64,000 bases of DNA. Source: Lysobacterales bacterium (GTDB taxonomy: Bacteria > Pseudomonadota > Gammaproteobacteria > Xanthomonadales > Xanthomonadaceae). Positions 9,010 to 19,025 of this stretch are shown here, in pieces (position 1 is the stretch's first letter; each line of letters begins with the position of its first letter). Under the pieces are notes generated by a model. The model was not told the origin of the DNA, did not search any database, and worked only from the letters and a program-made list of their open reading frames with translations. Both the position numbers and the translations under genes were made by a program. Location of the stretch: assembly GCA_017302035.1 (NCBI GenBank), contig JAFLEA010000002.1, positions 14,011-78,010 on the forward strand. Direction: 5' to 3'.

Positions 9010-9516
9010 TCAGCGGCGCGGCTTGCCGCCGGTGCCGGTGCCGCGTTGCTCGGGTGCCTTCGGCGCGGCCGGCTGGCCCATGCCGCCGGCGAGGCCGCGC
9101 TGGAACTCCTGCCACATCTCGAGATTGCGCTCGGTCAGCTGGTTCATCGCCGTCCACGGCGTCTGCCCGAGCAGGTTGCCCATCTGCTGGCGGAAGCCCT
9201 GCTGCTGCTCCAGGAACAGCTGCATGCTGCGCTCCAGGTAGTTGCCCATGAAGCCCTGCAGCGAATCGCCGTAGAAGCGGATGATCTGGCTCAGCAACTG
9301 GGTGGAGAGCATCGGCTCGCCGTCCTGCTCCTGCTCGGCAATGATCTGCAGCAGCACCGAGCGGGTCAGGTCCTCGCCGCTCTTGGCGTCGCGGACTTCG
9401 AACGATTCGCCGTCCAGAATCAGCTGGCGCACGTCCTCGATGGTGATGTAGCTGGAGATCTCGGTGTCGTAGAGACGGCGGTTCGGGTACTTCTTGATGA
9501 TGCGGGTGGCGGCCAT
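9010..9516 (-). CDS. phaR: Polyhydroxyalkanoate synthesis repressor PhaR
   Basis: The product begins MAATRIIKKYPNRRLYDTEISSYITIEDV...RSVLLQII, the canonical PhaR N-terminal domain. ATG 9516 was chosen. Confidence 0.88.
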   Translation of the reverse strand: MAATRIIKKYPNRRLYDTEISSYITIEDVRQLILDGESFEVRDAKSGEDLTRSVLLQIIAEQEQDGEPMLSTQLLSQIIRFYGDSLQGFMGNYLERSMQLFLEQQQGFRQQMGNLLGQTPWTAMNQLTERNLEMWQEFQRGLAGGMGQPAAPKAPEQRGTGTGGKPRR

Positions 9517-9605
9517 CGGGCGCTCGTGGGAATACGTATGCACCCAGCATGGCGCACCGCAGCAGCGCATGCAACTGGCCGCTGCCGCGGGTGCCGGCCG
9601 CGGCC

Positions 9606-10346
9606 CTACCAGCCCATGTGGTGGCCGCCGTTGATGTCCAGGTTGGAGCCGGTGATCCAGGCGGCCTGGTCGTCGACCAGGAAGCCGACCGCGTAGGCGA
9701 TCTCCTCCGGCTTGCCGAGGCGGCCGGTGGGGATGTCGGCGGCGATCTTGGCCCGCACTTCTTCCGGTACCGCCATCACCATGTCGGTGGCCACGTAGCC
9801 GGGCGAGACCGTGTTCACGGTGATGCCGAGCTTGGCGTTCTCACGCGCCAGGGAAATGGTGAAGCCGTGCATGCCGGCCTTGGCCGCGGCGTAGTTGGCC
9901 TGGCCGTACTGGCCCTTGAGACCGTTGATCGAGCTGATCTGGATGATCCGGCCCCACTTGCGCTCGCGCATGCCGTCGATCACCGGGCGGGTGACGTTGT
10001 AGACCGAGTTGAGGTTGGTGTTGATCACGTCGTGCCACTGCTCGGCGCCCATCTTGTGGAAGGTGCCGTCGCGGGTGATGCCGGCGTTGTTGATCAGGAT
10101 CTCGACCGGGCCGAGCTTCTCTTCGACCTGCCTGACCATCGCTGCGGCGTCCTCCGGCGTGCCGACGTCGCCCTTGACCAGGGTGATGTCGTAGCCGTCG
10201 GCCTTCATTTTCTCCTGCCAGGCCTTGGCCTTCTCCTCGTTGCGATAGTTGGTGGCGACCCTGTGGCCCATGTCGGCCAGTTTCTTGCAGATGGCGGTGC
10301 CGATGCCGCCGGTGCCGCCGGTGACCAGTGCGACGCGCTTGTTCAT
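9606..10346 (-). CDS. phaB: Acetoacetyl-CoA reductase (SDR family)
   Basis: It contains [19 protein letters not shown]...NNAGITRD...YAAAKAG...[11 protein letters not shown]. The 246-aa product has the PhaB-type pattern. Confidence 0.9.
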   Translation of the reverse strand: MNKRVALVTGGTGGIGTAICKKLADMGHRVATNYRNEEKAKAWQEKMKADGYDITLVKGDVGTPEDAAAMVRQVEEKLGPVEILINNAGITRDGTFHKMGAEQWHDVINTNLNSVYNVTRPVIDGMRERKWGRIIQISSINGLKGQYGQANYAAAKAGMHGFTISLARENAKLGITVNTVSPGYVATDMVMAVPEEVRAKIAADIPTGRLGKPEEIAYAVGFLVDDQAAWITGSNLDINGGHHMGW

Positions 10347-11290
10347 GGTGCATCCCCTCCCGGGACAGCGTGTGAAAGCGTTACTTCTCCCGTTGTAGTG
10401 GGGTGGGGATGAAAGTTCAAGCGCGCCGGCATCAGCGCCGGATCGAAGTGGTTTACGGTGCGATGCAGCAAATCTCCGATCGTCGCCGCTCCCTTCGACA
10501 CCGCGGGTGCCTGGCCCAGCAGCGACCAGCAACGGCGCAGCGCCGGCAATGGATCGGCCGGATCCACCGGCAGCGCCGCGCTGGACTTGGACAGCTTGCG
10601 CCCGTCGGCATCGAGCACCAGGGGCAGGTGCAGATAGCGTGGGGTGGGCAAGCCCAATGCGCGCTGCAGCAGGATCTGGCGCGGGGTGGAATCGAGCAGG
10701 TCGGCGCCGCGGACCACGTCGGTGATGCCCTGCACGGCATCGTCCACCACCACCGCCATCTGGTAGGCCCAGTAGCCGTCGGCGCGCCGCAGGACGAAAT
10801 CGCCGACGTCCCGGGCGACGTCCTGCTCGATCCGGCCCTGCAGGCCGTCCTCGAAAGCGACCGTGGCGGCGTCGGGCACGCGCAGCCGGTATCCGGGACG
10901 GGCGCGCAGGATCGTCGCCACGCAACGGCGGTGGATCCCGGCCTGCGCCGCCAACTCGCTGCGGCTGCATGGGCAGGGGAAGGCGGCGCCGGCATCCAGC
11001 AGGCGATCCAGCGCCGCCTGGTACAGGGCGTGGCGCTCGCTCTGGCGCACTGGCGCCCGGTCGGAAACCAGGCCGAACCCGGCCAGGGCGGCCAGTTGCC
11101 GTTCGGCTGCACCGGGTACCTCGCGCGGCGGATCCAGGTCCTCGATCCGTACCAGCCATTCGCCGCCGGCGTGGCGCGCCAGCAGCCAGCTGCCGAATGC
11201 GGCCAGCAGCGAGCCGAAGTGCAGCGGGCCGGTGGGCGAGGGGGCGAAGCGCCCGCGATAGGCGACGGGGGCGGGAGCGGAAGCGGACAT
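10343..11290 (-). CDS. gluQ: tRNA glutamyl-Q(34) synthetase GluQRS
   Basis: It contains [17 protein letters not shown] (HIGH-like) ...VRIEDLD...[21 protein letters not shown]...GRKLSKS (KMSKS-like). ATG 11290 was chosen. Its stop overlaps the phaB start (ATGA). Confidence 0.85.
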   Translation of the reverse strand: MSASAPAPVAYRGRFAPSPTGPLHFGSLLAAFGSWLLARHAGGEWLVRIEDLDPPREVPGAAERQLAALAGFGLVSDRAPVRQSERHALYQAALDRLLDAGAAFPCPCSRSELAAQAGIHRRCVATILRARPGYRLRVPDAATVAFEDGLQGRIEQDVARDVGDFVLRRADGYWAYQMAVVVDDAVQGITDVVRGADLLDSTPRQILLQRALGLPTPRYLHLPLVLDADGRKLSKSSAALPVDPADPLPALRRCWSLLGQAPAVSKGAATIGDLLHRTVNHFDPALMPARLNFHPHPTTTGEVTLSHAVPGGDAP

Positions 11291-11409
11291 GCGGCATGGT
11301 CGCGGCGGCGGCGGCTTGATTTCAAGCGGGGCCGCGCCCATAGAATCCGGGTGTGTCGTGCGTGCCCCGGCGCGGGCGACGGCCACGTCCTTTTGCCGGA
11401 GATCCGCCC

Positions 11410-12279
11410 GTGTTCAGCCGCATCGCCCTGTTCCTGGCCACCAACCTCGCCGTGCTGGTCCTGGCCGGCATCATCATGTCGCTCCTCGGCGTCCACCCCG
11501 GGCAGATGGGCGGATTGCTGGTGATCGCCGCGCTGTTCGGCTTCGGCGGCTCGATCGTGTCGCTGCTGATGTCCAAGGGCGCGGCCAAGCGCGCCACCCG
11601 CGCCCAGGTCATCGCCGAGCCGCGCAACGATACCGAGCGCTGGCTGCTGTCCACGGTGCAACGCCAGGCCCAGGCCGCCGGCATCGGCATGCCGGAGGTG
11701 GCGGTCTACGACGCGCCGGAGATCAATGCCTTCGCCACCGGCGCCAATCGCAACAAGGCACTGGTGGCCGTGTCCACCGGCCTGCTGCGCAACATGCAGG
11801 CCGACGAGGCCGAGGCCGTGCTCGGCCACGAGGTCGCGCACGTGGCCAACGGCGACATGGTGACCATGGCGCTGCTGCAAGGCGTGCTCAATACCTTCGT
11901 GCTGGTGTTGTCGCGGGTGGTCGGCGGGATGATCGACAACGCCCTGTCGGGCAACCGCAACAGCAACCGGCCCGGACCGTTCTACTTCCTTTCGGTGATG
12001 GTGCTGGACGTGGTGTTCGGCCTGTTCGCGACCATGATCGCGATGTGGTTCTCGCGCCGGCGCGAATTCCGCGCCGACGCCGGCGGTGCGCGCCTGGCCG
12101 GGCGGGAAAAGATGATCGCCGCGCTGGAGCGGCTATCGCTCAACCATGGCCAGAGCACGCTGCCGGCGCAGGTGGAGGCGTTCGGCATCGCCGGCGGCAT
12201 CGGCCAGGGCCTGCGCAAGCTGTTCCTGAGCCATCCGCCGCTGACCGAGCGGATCGCCGCGCTGCGCGCCGCGGCCTGA
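11410..12279 (+). CDS. htpX: Membrane zinc protease HtpX
   Basis: It contains [17 protein letters not shown]...INAFATG...[12 protein letters not shown]. The start is taken at GTG 11410 by analogy with the N-terminus of E. coli HtpX. Confidence 0.9.
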   Translation: MFSRIALFLATNLAVLVLAGIIMSLLGVHPGQMGGLLVIAALFGFGGSIVSLLMSKGAAKRATRAQVIAEPRNDTERWLLSTVQRQAQAAGIGMPEVAVYDAPEINAFATGANRNKALVAVSTGLLRNMQADEAEAVLGHEVAHVANGDMVTMALLQGVLNTFVLVLSRVVGGMIDNALSGNRNSNRPGPFYFLSVMVLDVVFGLFATMIAMWFSRRREFRADAGGARLAGREKMIAALERLSLNHGQSTLPAQVEAFGIAGGIGQGLRKLFLSHPPLTERIAALRAAA

Positions 12280-12294
12280 GTCGTCGCCCTGGCC

Positions 12295-13224
12295 TTACCG
12301 GCCGGGAGCGTGACCGGCGCCGTGGCCGGAGGCCGGGCCCGGGTCCGCGGCCGGCGGGTCCGGCAGACGCAGGCGCACCAGCATGCCGCGGTGGTCGGAA
12401 GCCCAGGTGCCCTGCGCATCGGGCTCGGCGAACAGCAGTCGTGCTTCCAGCGGTTGCATCCGCCCGCGTTGCAGGAATACGTGGTCCACCTGTTGGTAGC
12501 GGTCGAAGTAAGCCGGATTGAGGGTGGTCGAGGTCGCCGGATCGGCGTCCGGATGCAGTGTGCCCCAGGCGTCCAGCCAGGCCTCGTGCAGCGCACCCAG
12601 TTCCGGGGCATCGGCCTCGGCATTGAAGTCGCCGGCGATCAGCGCGGGCGCGTCGCCTGAGGTGGCCTCGACGTAGGCCAGCAGGTCGGCCAACTGTTCG
12701 GCGCGGGTCGGGCCACCGTCGGGAGCCCAGTACAGGTGGGTGAAGTAGAGGTTGAGCGGCCGGCCCTCGAACTGCACCTGCACCCGGCCCGCGGTGCGGT
12801 GGTCCTCCAGCGGATGCAGCAGGGTCTCGCCCCGCTCGGTCACCGGATGCCGGGTCAGCAGCGCATTGCCGTAGCGGCGGGCCTGGCTCGGCGGATCGGT
12901 GGTGACGAAATGCCAGTCGTAACCCAGCTCGTTCGCCAGCCAGGCCGCCTGGTTCTGCAGCTTCTCGTGCTGCAGCACTTCCTGCAGGGCGATCGCGTCC
13001 GGGCGCAGGCGCCGCAACTCGTCCACGATCTGGACCCGCCGGCGTGGCCAGTCGTCGCGGTCGTGGTACAGGTTGAGAGTCACCAGGGTGAATTCGGGTT
13101 TGGCCGCCGCCTCGCCGTTCCCTTCGGCGGCGGGCTTGCTGCCGGCCAGGGCCGTTGCCGGCAGCAGGCAGGCGATCAGCAGCAGGCGGACGGCGAGTCG
13201 ATGCAGGTGGGGCAGTCGGTTCAT
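12295..13224 (-). CDS. Endonuclease/exonuclease/phosphatase (EEP) family protein, secreted
   Basis: It has a signal peptide, then TLNLYHD...DAIALQEV...GDFN...SDH, the EEP catalytic motifs. ATG 13224 was chosen. It lies 7 nt downstream of the M14 gene. Confidence 0.8.
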   Translation of the reverse strand: MNRLPHLHRLAVRLLLIACLLPATALAGSKPAAEGNGEAAAKPEFTLVTLNLYHDRDDWPRRRVQIVDELRRLRPDAIALQEVLQHEKLQNQAAWLANELGYDWHFVTTDPPSQARRYGNALLTRHPVTERGETLLHPLEDHRTAGRVQVQFEGRPLNLYFTHLYWAPDGGPTRAEQLADLLAYVEATSGDAPALIAGDFNAEADAPELGALHEAWLDAWGTLHPDADPATSTTLNPAYFDRYQQVDHVFLQRGRMQPLEARLLFAEPDAQGTWASDHRGMLVRLRLPDPPAADPGPASGHGAGHAPGR

Positions 13225-13231
13225 GGCGGCC

Positions 13232-15046
13232 TCAGCGAACGGGCGGTGCTTGATCCAGGCGCAGCACGGGGTAGAGGCCGTAGCGCTCGTCCCAGGCCGA
13301 GTGGCGGCGGTAGAAGAAATCCAGGCGCGCGGCCGGGTCGGCCGCGAACGCCGGGTCCGAATCCAGCCGGTGCTGGAACTCGGCGCGCAGCGCCGGGTCG
13401 GCGGCGAGCATCCCGCGGGCCACGTCCTCGGCGACGTAGTCCTCCATGTATTCCTTGCGCTCGAAGGCGACGTTGAGTCCGCCCCAGGCGGCGATCGAGT
13501 CGGGTGCCTGCGGTTCGAGCAGGGCCAGCACCAGCCGCGCCAACGGCTGGCCGATGGGCACGAACAGCGCGCCGGTGCCGACGTCGCGGGTTTCGGCCTG
13601 CCAGGCGCCCTGCGCGGACAAGCGCTGGCGCCCCTCCACGGACTGGGCGGCGAACTGCGGCGTCTCGACCCGGAACGCCTGCACCGGCGCTGCCGGCCAG
13701 GCCGCATCCAGGCGCCGGAATGCGACGCCGTGGCTTTCCAATGCCGGTTGCACGAACGCGGCCCAGGCCGGTGGCACCAGGTAGCCGGCGTGCGGCGCCG
13801 TGGCATCGAGCGCGGACACGACCTGGTCGCGCAGCGGCAGGTGCCACAGCTGCGGGGTGGTTTCGTCATAGCGGGTCATCAGCGCGCCGGATACCTCCGA
13901 GGGCGTGCGGGTGTAGGCGTAACCGCGGAAATCGACGGTGCGCGCGTGCTCGGTGGCCTTCCATGCCAGCGCCTCCACCTGTCCGCCCAGGCGCGCGGCG
14001 CGGGCGTCGGCCTGCTCGGCGGTACGTCGCCACTGCGCACCGTGCGCGGCAATCTGCTCCAGCACCGAGACCACGGTGTTGCGGGTGGTCCGCACGCGCT
14101 CGGGATACGGCTTCCACGAATGCGTCTCCACCAGCATGCCCAGGCGATTGCGCAGCAGGAAGTAGCCGTGCGAGAAGCGCGGTGGCGGCACGCCGTCCTC
14201 GAATCCCGAGGCGGGGTCGTCGCTGGCGACGAACGAGGGGTAGAACGCCAACGGCAGCGAGCCCTGCGCGGCCAGGTCGGCGAGGGTCGCATCGCGCCAG
14301 GCGCGGCCGACCTCGCGCAGGGCCGGGTCGCCGGCATGCAGCGGCTCGACCTGGATCGAGATGTCGTGCTCGAACTGGGCGCCGTCGGTGGCGTGCAGGT
14401 CGACCGTCGCCAGCGGGTCCCATTCCCGCACCAGGCGCAGCATTGCCCGCATTTCCGCCGAATCGGCCTTCACGTAGTCGCGGTTGAGGTTGAAGTTCTG
14501 CGCGGTGGTACGCCAACCCATTTCCTCGGGGCCGCGCTGATTGGGGCGGTTCCAGCGCCCGAAGCGTTCGTGGCCGTCGACGTTGAACACCGGCACGAAC
14601 AGCCACACCAGCTTGTCCAGCGCGCCCGGTGCGGCCTGGCCTTCCAGGACCTGGCGCAGGGCCAGGAAGCCGGCGTCCTTGCCGTCGATCTCGCCGGCGT
14701 GGATGCCGCCCTGGACCAGCACCACTGGCAAGCCGCGGCGCCTGGCCTCGGCCGGGTCGAAGGCGCCGGTGGCGGTGACCACCAGCAGTTGCATGGGCCG
14801 GCCCTCGGGGGTGGTGCCGAAGCTGCGCACCGCGACCCGGTCCGGATAGCGCGCCTGGAACGCGGCGGCCAGGCGGCCGACTTCCTCGTAGCGGCCGGTG
14901 CGCTGGAACCCGGAGCGTTCGGACTCGGTGGACAGCGGGGCGGTGCCTGCGTCGCCGTCGTCGATGTCGGCGGGCCGGCACCAGGCGACCGTGGGCGCAA
15001 GGGTGGCCGCAAGCAGCAGGACGGCCAGGGCAGGGCGATGCGGCAT
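13232..15046 (-). CDS. M14-family zinc carboxypeptidase, secreted
   Basis: It has a signal peptide MPHRPALAVLLLAATLAP. The segment VLVQGGIHAGEIDGKDA and a later HATD are consistent with the M14 HxxE...H zinc site. Confidence 0.8.
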   Translation of the reverse strand: MPHRPALAVLLLAATLAPTVAWCRPADIDDGDAGTAPLSTESERSGFQRTGRYEEVGRLAAAFQARYPDRVAVRSFGTTPEGRPMQLLVVTATGAFDPAEARRRGLPVVLVQGGIHAGEIDGKDAGFLALRQVLEGQAAPGALDKLVWLFVPVFNVDGHERFGRWNRPNQRGPEEMGWRTTAQNFNLNRDYVKADSAEMRAMLRLVREWDPLATVDLHATDGAQFEHDISIQVEPLHAGDPALREVGRAWRDATLADLAAQGSLPLAFYPSFVASDDPASGFEDGVPPPRFSHGYFLLRNRLGMLVETHSWKPYPERVRTTRNTVVSVLEQIAAHGAQWRRTAEQADARAARLGGQVEALAWKATEHARTVDFRGYAYTRTPSEVSGALMTRYDETTPQLWHLPLRDQVVSALDATAPHAGYLVPPAWAAFVQPALESHGVAFRRLDAAWPAAPVQAFRVETPQFAAQSVEGRQRLSAQGAWQAETRDVGTGALFVPIGQPLARLVLALLEPQAPDSIAAWGGLNVAFERKEYMEDYVAEDVARGMLAADPALRAEFQHRLDSDPAFAADPAARLDFFYRRHSAWDERYGLYPVLRLDQAPPVR

Positions 15047-15183
15047 GGGGAGTGTCTCGTGGGAATCGGGCCCATGATGCCAGCACCGCGCCGCCGCCGC
15101 CGTGGCGGGCCGGGCCCGCCCGCGGTTCCGGTCCGAGCGCCGGATCGGGTACCCTCGGTTTCCTTTCGCAGCCCGACCTCCGG

Positions 15184-16746
15184 ATGATCACCACTGCCGC
15201 AGACCGCGGGCGCATGCCGCGCCAGATCCCCTTCATCATCGGCAACGAGGCCTGCGAGCGCTTCAGTTTCTACGGGATGCGCAACATCCTGGTCCAGTTC
15301 CTGATCACCTCGACCCTGCTGCAGCACATCGCGGCCGGGCAGGAACGGGACCTGGCGGCCAAGGATCTGATGCACACCTTCATGATCGGTGTGTACTTCT
15401 TCCCGCTGCTGGGTGGCTGGCTGGCCGACCGCTTCTTCGGCAAGTACCACACCATTCTCTGGTTCTCCCTGGTCTACTGCGCCGGCCACGCCTGCCTGGC
15501 GCTGTTCGAGCACGACCGCATGGGCTTCTTCACCGGCCTGGCCCTGATCGCGCTGGGCGCGGGCGGGATCAAGCCGTTGGTGGCTTCGTTCATGGGCGAC
15601 CAGTTCGACCAGTCGAACAAGAGCTTGGCGCGAATCGTGTTCGACGCCTTCTACTGGATCATCAACTTCGGTTCGCTGTTCGCCTCGCTGCTGATGCCGT
15701 TGTTCCTGAAGAATTTCGGCGCCTCGGTGGCGTTCGGCATCCCCGGCCTGCTGATGTTCGTGGCCACCTTCGTGTTCTGGCTCGGGCGCAAGCGCTATGT
15801 GATGGTGCCGCCGGCGCGGGTCCGCGACCCGCATTCGTTCGCCAACGTGGTGCGCACCGCGCTGCTGGCGCAGGCGCCGGGGCAGGGGCGGGCCGGGCTG
15901 TGGGTCGCGGCGGCCGGGGTGGCGCTGGCACTGGGGTCGTTCGCGCTGGTGCCGTCGCTGGGGTTCGTCATCGCCTTCTGCCTGGCGCTGGTGGCGCTGC
16001 TGGCCGGCGTCGGCGGTGGCGCCTGGATGCAGTTGGAGCGCGCGCGCGGCGTGCATCCCGACCCGGCGGTCGACGGCGTGCGCAGCGTGCTGCGGGTGCT
16101 GGTGATCTTCGCCCTGACCACGCCGTTCTTCTCGCTGTTCGACCAGAAGGCCTCGACCTGGGTGATCCAGGGCAACGCCATGACCAAGCCCGACTGGTTC
16201 GTCTCCTCGCAGATGCAGGCGCTCAACCCGGCGCTGGTGATGATCCTGATCCCGTTCAACAACCTGGTCCTGTACCCGGCGCTGCGCCGGATGGGCTGGG
16301 AACCGACCGCGCTGCGGCGGATGACCGCCGGCATCGCCTTCAGCGGCCTGGCCTGGATCGTGGTCGGCGCGATCCAGGTCGCGATGGATGGCGGCCAGCC
16401 GATGACCATCGTCTGGCAGGTGCTGCCCTATGCGCTGCTGACCTTCGGCGAGGTGCTGGTGTCGGCCACCGGCCTGGAGTTCGCCTACAGCCAGGCGCCA
16501 CAGGCGATGAAGGGCGTGGTCATGAGCTTCTGGAACCTGACCACCACCATCGGCAACCTGTGGGTGCTGCTGGCCAACGCGGCCGTGCGCAACGAGTCGA
16601 TCACCGGCGGCATCGCCGGCACCGGGCTGAGCGTGACCGCGTTCCAGATGTTCTTCTTCGCCGTGTTCGCGCTGGTCGCCGCGCTGGCGTTCGGCCTGTA
16701 CGCCCGCGGCTACCGGACCGTCGACAACTACCGCGCCGCGGGCTGA
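15184..16746 (+). CDS. POT/PTR2-family proton-dependent oligopeptide transporter
   Basis: It contains IIGNEACERFSFYGMRNILVQFL and FPLLGGWLADRFFGKY (the PTR2 signatures) and is polytopic. ATG 15184 or 15214. Confidence 0.88.
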   Translation: MITTAADRGRMPRQIPFIIGNEACERFSFYGMRNILVQFLITSTLLQHIAAGQERDLAAKDLMHTFMIGVYFFPLLGGWLADRFFGKYHTILWFSLVYCAGHACLALFEHDRMGFFTGLALIALGAGGIKPLVASFMGDQFDQSNKSLARIVFDAFYWIINFGSLFASLLMPLFLKNFGASVAFGIPGLLMFVATFVFWLGRKRYVMVPPARVRDPHSFANVVRTALLAQAPGQGRAGLWVAAAGVALALGSFALVPSLGFVIAFCLALVALLAGVGGGAWMQLERARGVHPDPAVDGVRSVLRVLVIFALTTPFFSLFDQKASTWVIQGNAMTKPDWFVSSQMQALNPALVMILIPFNNLVLYPALRRMGWEPTALRRMTAGIAFSGLAWIVVGAIQVAMDGGQPMTIVWQVLPYALLTFGEVLVSATGLEFAYSQAPQAMKGVVMSFWNLTTTIGNLWVLLANAAVRNESITGGIAGTGLSVTAFQMFFFAVFALVAALAFGLYARGYRTVDNYRAAG

Positions 16747-16753
16747 GGATCCC

Positions 16754-17371
16754 ATGCAATATCCCGTCACCCTGGCCCTGATCGCCGTCACCGCGCTGGT
16801 GTCGTGGCTGGCGTTCAAGGACCGCCGCCTGGCCGATCGGCTGATCCTGTGGCCACCGGCGATCTCCGAGCGGCGGGAGTACTGGCGCCTGGTCAGCTAC
16901 GGCTTCCTGCACGCGGACTTGCCGCACCTGCTGTTCAACATGGTCACGCTGTTCTTCTTCGGCCAGCACATCGAGCGGATGATGGTGCAGCTGACCGGCA
17001 GTGCGCTGACCTATCCGCTGTTCTACCTGGCCGCGTTGGTGGTTTCGATCCTGCCCAGCTACCTGCGCAACCAGGGCAACCGCAGGTACTTCAGCCTGGG
17101 CGCCTCCGGGGCGGTGTCGGCGGTGCTGTTCGCCTTCATCCTGCTGTCGCCGTGGTCGCTGATCTTCGTGTTCTTCATCCCTGCGCCGGCGATCCTGTAC
17201 GCGGTGTTCTACGTCGGCTACAGCATCTGGATGGATCGCCGGGGCGGGGACCACATCAACCACAGCGCGCACCTGGCCGGCGCGGCGTTCGGGATCATGT
17301 TCATGCTGGCGATGGAACCGCGCCTGGCGCAGGTGTTCCTCGACCAGCTGCTCAACCCGCGCTTCGGCTGA
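16754..17371 (+). CDS. Rhomboid-family intramembrane serine protease
   Basis: It contains WRLVSYGFLHADLPHLLFNM...GASGAVSAVLF...HSAHLAGAAFG, which provides the GxSG serine and the TM6 histidine. Confidence 0.85.
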   Translation: MQYPVTLALIAVTALVSWLAFKDRRLADRLILWPPAISERREYWRLVSYGFLHADLPHLLFNMVTLFFFGQHIERMMVQLTGSALTYPLFYLAALVVSILPSYLRNQGNRRYFSLGASGAVSAVLFAFILLSPWSLIFVFFIPAPAILYAVFYVGYSIWMDRRGGDHINHSAHLAGAAFGIMFMLAMEPRLAQVFLDQLLNPRFG

Positions 17372-17380
17372 GCCGCGGGC

Positions 17381-17412
17381 AAAAAAAACGGCCCCGCCCA
17401 GTGGGCGGGGCC
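17381..17412 (-). terminator. Rho-independent terminator for the minus-strand small ORF
   Basis: GGCCCCGCCC (17390-17399) pairs with GGGCGGGGCC (17403-17412) as a 10-bp stem. On the minus strand it is followed by T8 (A8 at 17381-17388). Confidence 0.7.
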
Positions 17413-17453
17413 GCGTGGACGGGGCGCCCCCGCGCCCGGTCCATCCCCCTGGA

Positions 17454-17621
17454 TCAATGGGCCGCGGCGTAGGCGTCCTGCAGCCGCTGGTACACCTCGG
17501 CGTTGAGTTGCTCGAACTCCCAGCCATCGGTGTGGCCGCTGACCACCAACTGGAACAGGCCCTCCAGCAGGGAGGCGTCGTTGCCGAGATCGTGTGCAGC
17601 GTTGAATTCGAAACCGTCCAT
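17454..17621 (-). CDS. Small acidic hypothetical protein (55 aa)
   Basis: The product is MDGFEFNAAHDLGNDASLLEGLFQLVVSGHTDGWEFEQLNAEVYQRLQDAYAAAH. AGGGGA lies about 8 nt upstream of the ATG, and a strong terminator follows. I recognise no family. Confidence 0.5.
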   Translation of the reverse strand: MDGFEFNAAHDLGNDASLLEGLFQLVVSGHTDGWEFEQLNAEVYQRLQDAYAAAH

Positions 17622-17811
17622 CGTCGTGTCCCCTGCGGATGCGTGGCTGTCTTGCCGTCTACCCATGCAGGGCCCGTGCCAACTTTCCCGGAGGGCCGTT
17701 GCGGCGCCTCGGGGGGCGTCCTCACGGCACCTTGGCGGGCGCTTCAGCCAGAATGTGACGCGCCGCGTCGCCTTTTGCCGCATCCTTCGCCCATCCCCGG
17801 GAGACCCTGCC

Positions 17812-18099
17812 ATGACCGACCTGCCCGCCATCCACCACGATCCGACCGGCCAGCGCTTCCGCCTGCGACTGGACGGCCAGGAGGCCGCGCTGACCTACGC
17901 CCTGCGCGCCGGCCGGATGGTGATCGAGCACACCGTCGTACCCGAGGCCATCGGCGGCCGCGGCCTGGCCGGGCGGCTGGTCCAGGCGGCCTTCGACCAG
18001 GCGCGGGCCGAGGGCTGGCGGGTGGTGCCGGAGTGCTCCTATGCCAGGGTCTGGGCCGGGCGCCATCCGCAGTACGCCGACCTGCTCGCCGCCGATTGA
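17812..18099 (+). CDS. Small GNAT-like N-acetyltransferase (YjdJ type)
   Basis: The 95-aa product contains F.L.LDG..A.L.Y......M.I.HT.VP....GRGLAG.LV..A...AR..G..V.P.CSY, the single-domain GNAT pattern. Confidence 0.75.
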   Translation: MTDLPAIHHDPTGQRFRLRLDGQEAALTYALRAGRMVIEHTVVPEAIGGRGLAGRLVQAAFDQARAEGWRVVPECSYARVWAGRHPQYADLLAAD

Positions 18100-18157
18100 G
18101 CAGGATCGTTAAACTGGGCCGGCCCGGCCCTACGCCGGCATGCAAGGGAGACGCGGC

Positions 18158-19018
18158 ATGAAACCCACCTATCCCGTCCATCCCGTGACCGGGCCGTTGC
18201 TCGCCGGTCTGGTCCTGGTCCTGCTGGCGGCCTGCCAGCGCGAGGCCGCGCCTGCGGTCGGCGGAGCGGGCGAACCGCTCCCGGAGCCGATCGCGGACGT
18301 TGCCGGTTCCCCGGGGCCGGCCGATGCCGCGGCGGTCCCGTCGCTGGACGACGTGATCGAGCACGATCCGCGCTACGTGGTCGGGATCAGTTACCCGGCC
18401 GGTGCCGCAGCCGATCCGGGCCTGGCCCGGGCCCTGCACGCCTATGCCGAGGCGGCCCGCGGCGAACTGCGCCAGGCGCTGGACTCGCTGGATGGCGCGC
18501 CGTCAGCGCCCTACGAGCTGTCGCTGGGCTTCCGCCAGACGCTGCGCACCGACGAGGTCGTGGCGATCGCCGCCGACGGCAGCCTCTATACCGGCGGCGC
18601 GCACGGGATCCCGCTGGTCGCGCGCTTCGTGTGGCTGCCTCGGCAGCAGCGCATGCTCACGGCCGACACCCTGCTGGCTGCGCCGGCCGGCTGGGAGCCG
18701 ATCGCCGCCTACGTCGGCGAGCAGCTCGGCACCGCCGCCAATACCCGTGCCGCCGACGAAGGCCTGGAACCGGAGGAGCGCAGGCAGCTGCTGTCGAATG
18801 CGCTGCGGATGATCGCCGACGGCACCGAACCGAAGCCCGAAAATTTCGCCCAGTTCGAGCCGGTGGCCGCGGCGGACGGGCGCATCGCCGGGTTGCGGTT
18901 CGTGTTCCCGCCCTACCAGGTCGGCCCCTATGCCGACGGGGTGCAGGCGGTCGAGGTTCCCGCCGCGGTACTGCGGCCCTACCTGGCGGACGATGTCCGC
19001 GGATTGTTCGTGCGCTAG
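18158..19018 (+). CDS. DUF3298/DUF4163-type lipoprotein
   Basis: It has a lipobox LVLLAAC, then ...YTGGAHG......F.W and ...FVFPPYQVGPYADG, characteristic of the DUF3298 (RsiV/PdaC C-terminal-like) domain. ATG 18158 is preceded by AGGGAGA. Confidence 0.7.
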   Translation: MKPTYPVHPVTGPLLAGLVLVLLAACQREAAPAVGGAGEPLPEPIADVAGSPGPADAAAVPSLDDVIEHDPRYVVGISYPAGAAADPGLARALHAYAEAARGELRQALDSLDGAPSAPYELSLGFRQTLRTDEVVAIAADGSLYTGGAHGIPLVARFVWLPRQQRMLTADTLLAAPAGWEPIAAYVGEQLGTAANTRAADEGLEPEERRQLLSNALRMIADGTEPKPENFAQFEPVAAADGRIAGLRFVFPPYQVGPYADGVQAVEVPAAVLRPYLADDVRGLFVR

Positions 19019-19025
19019 CCGCGCC

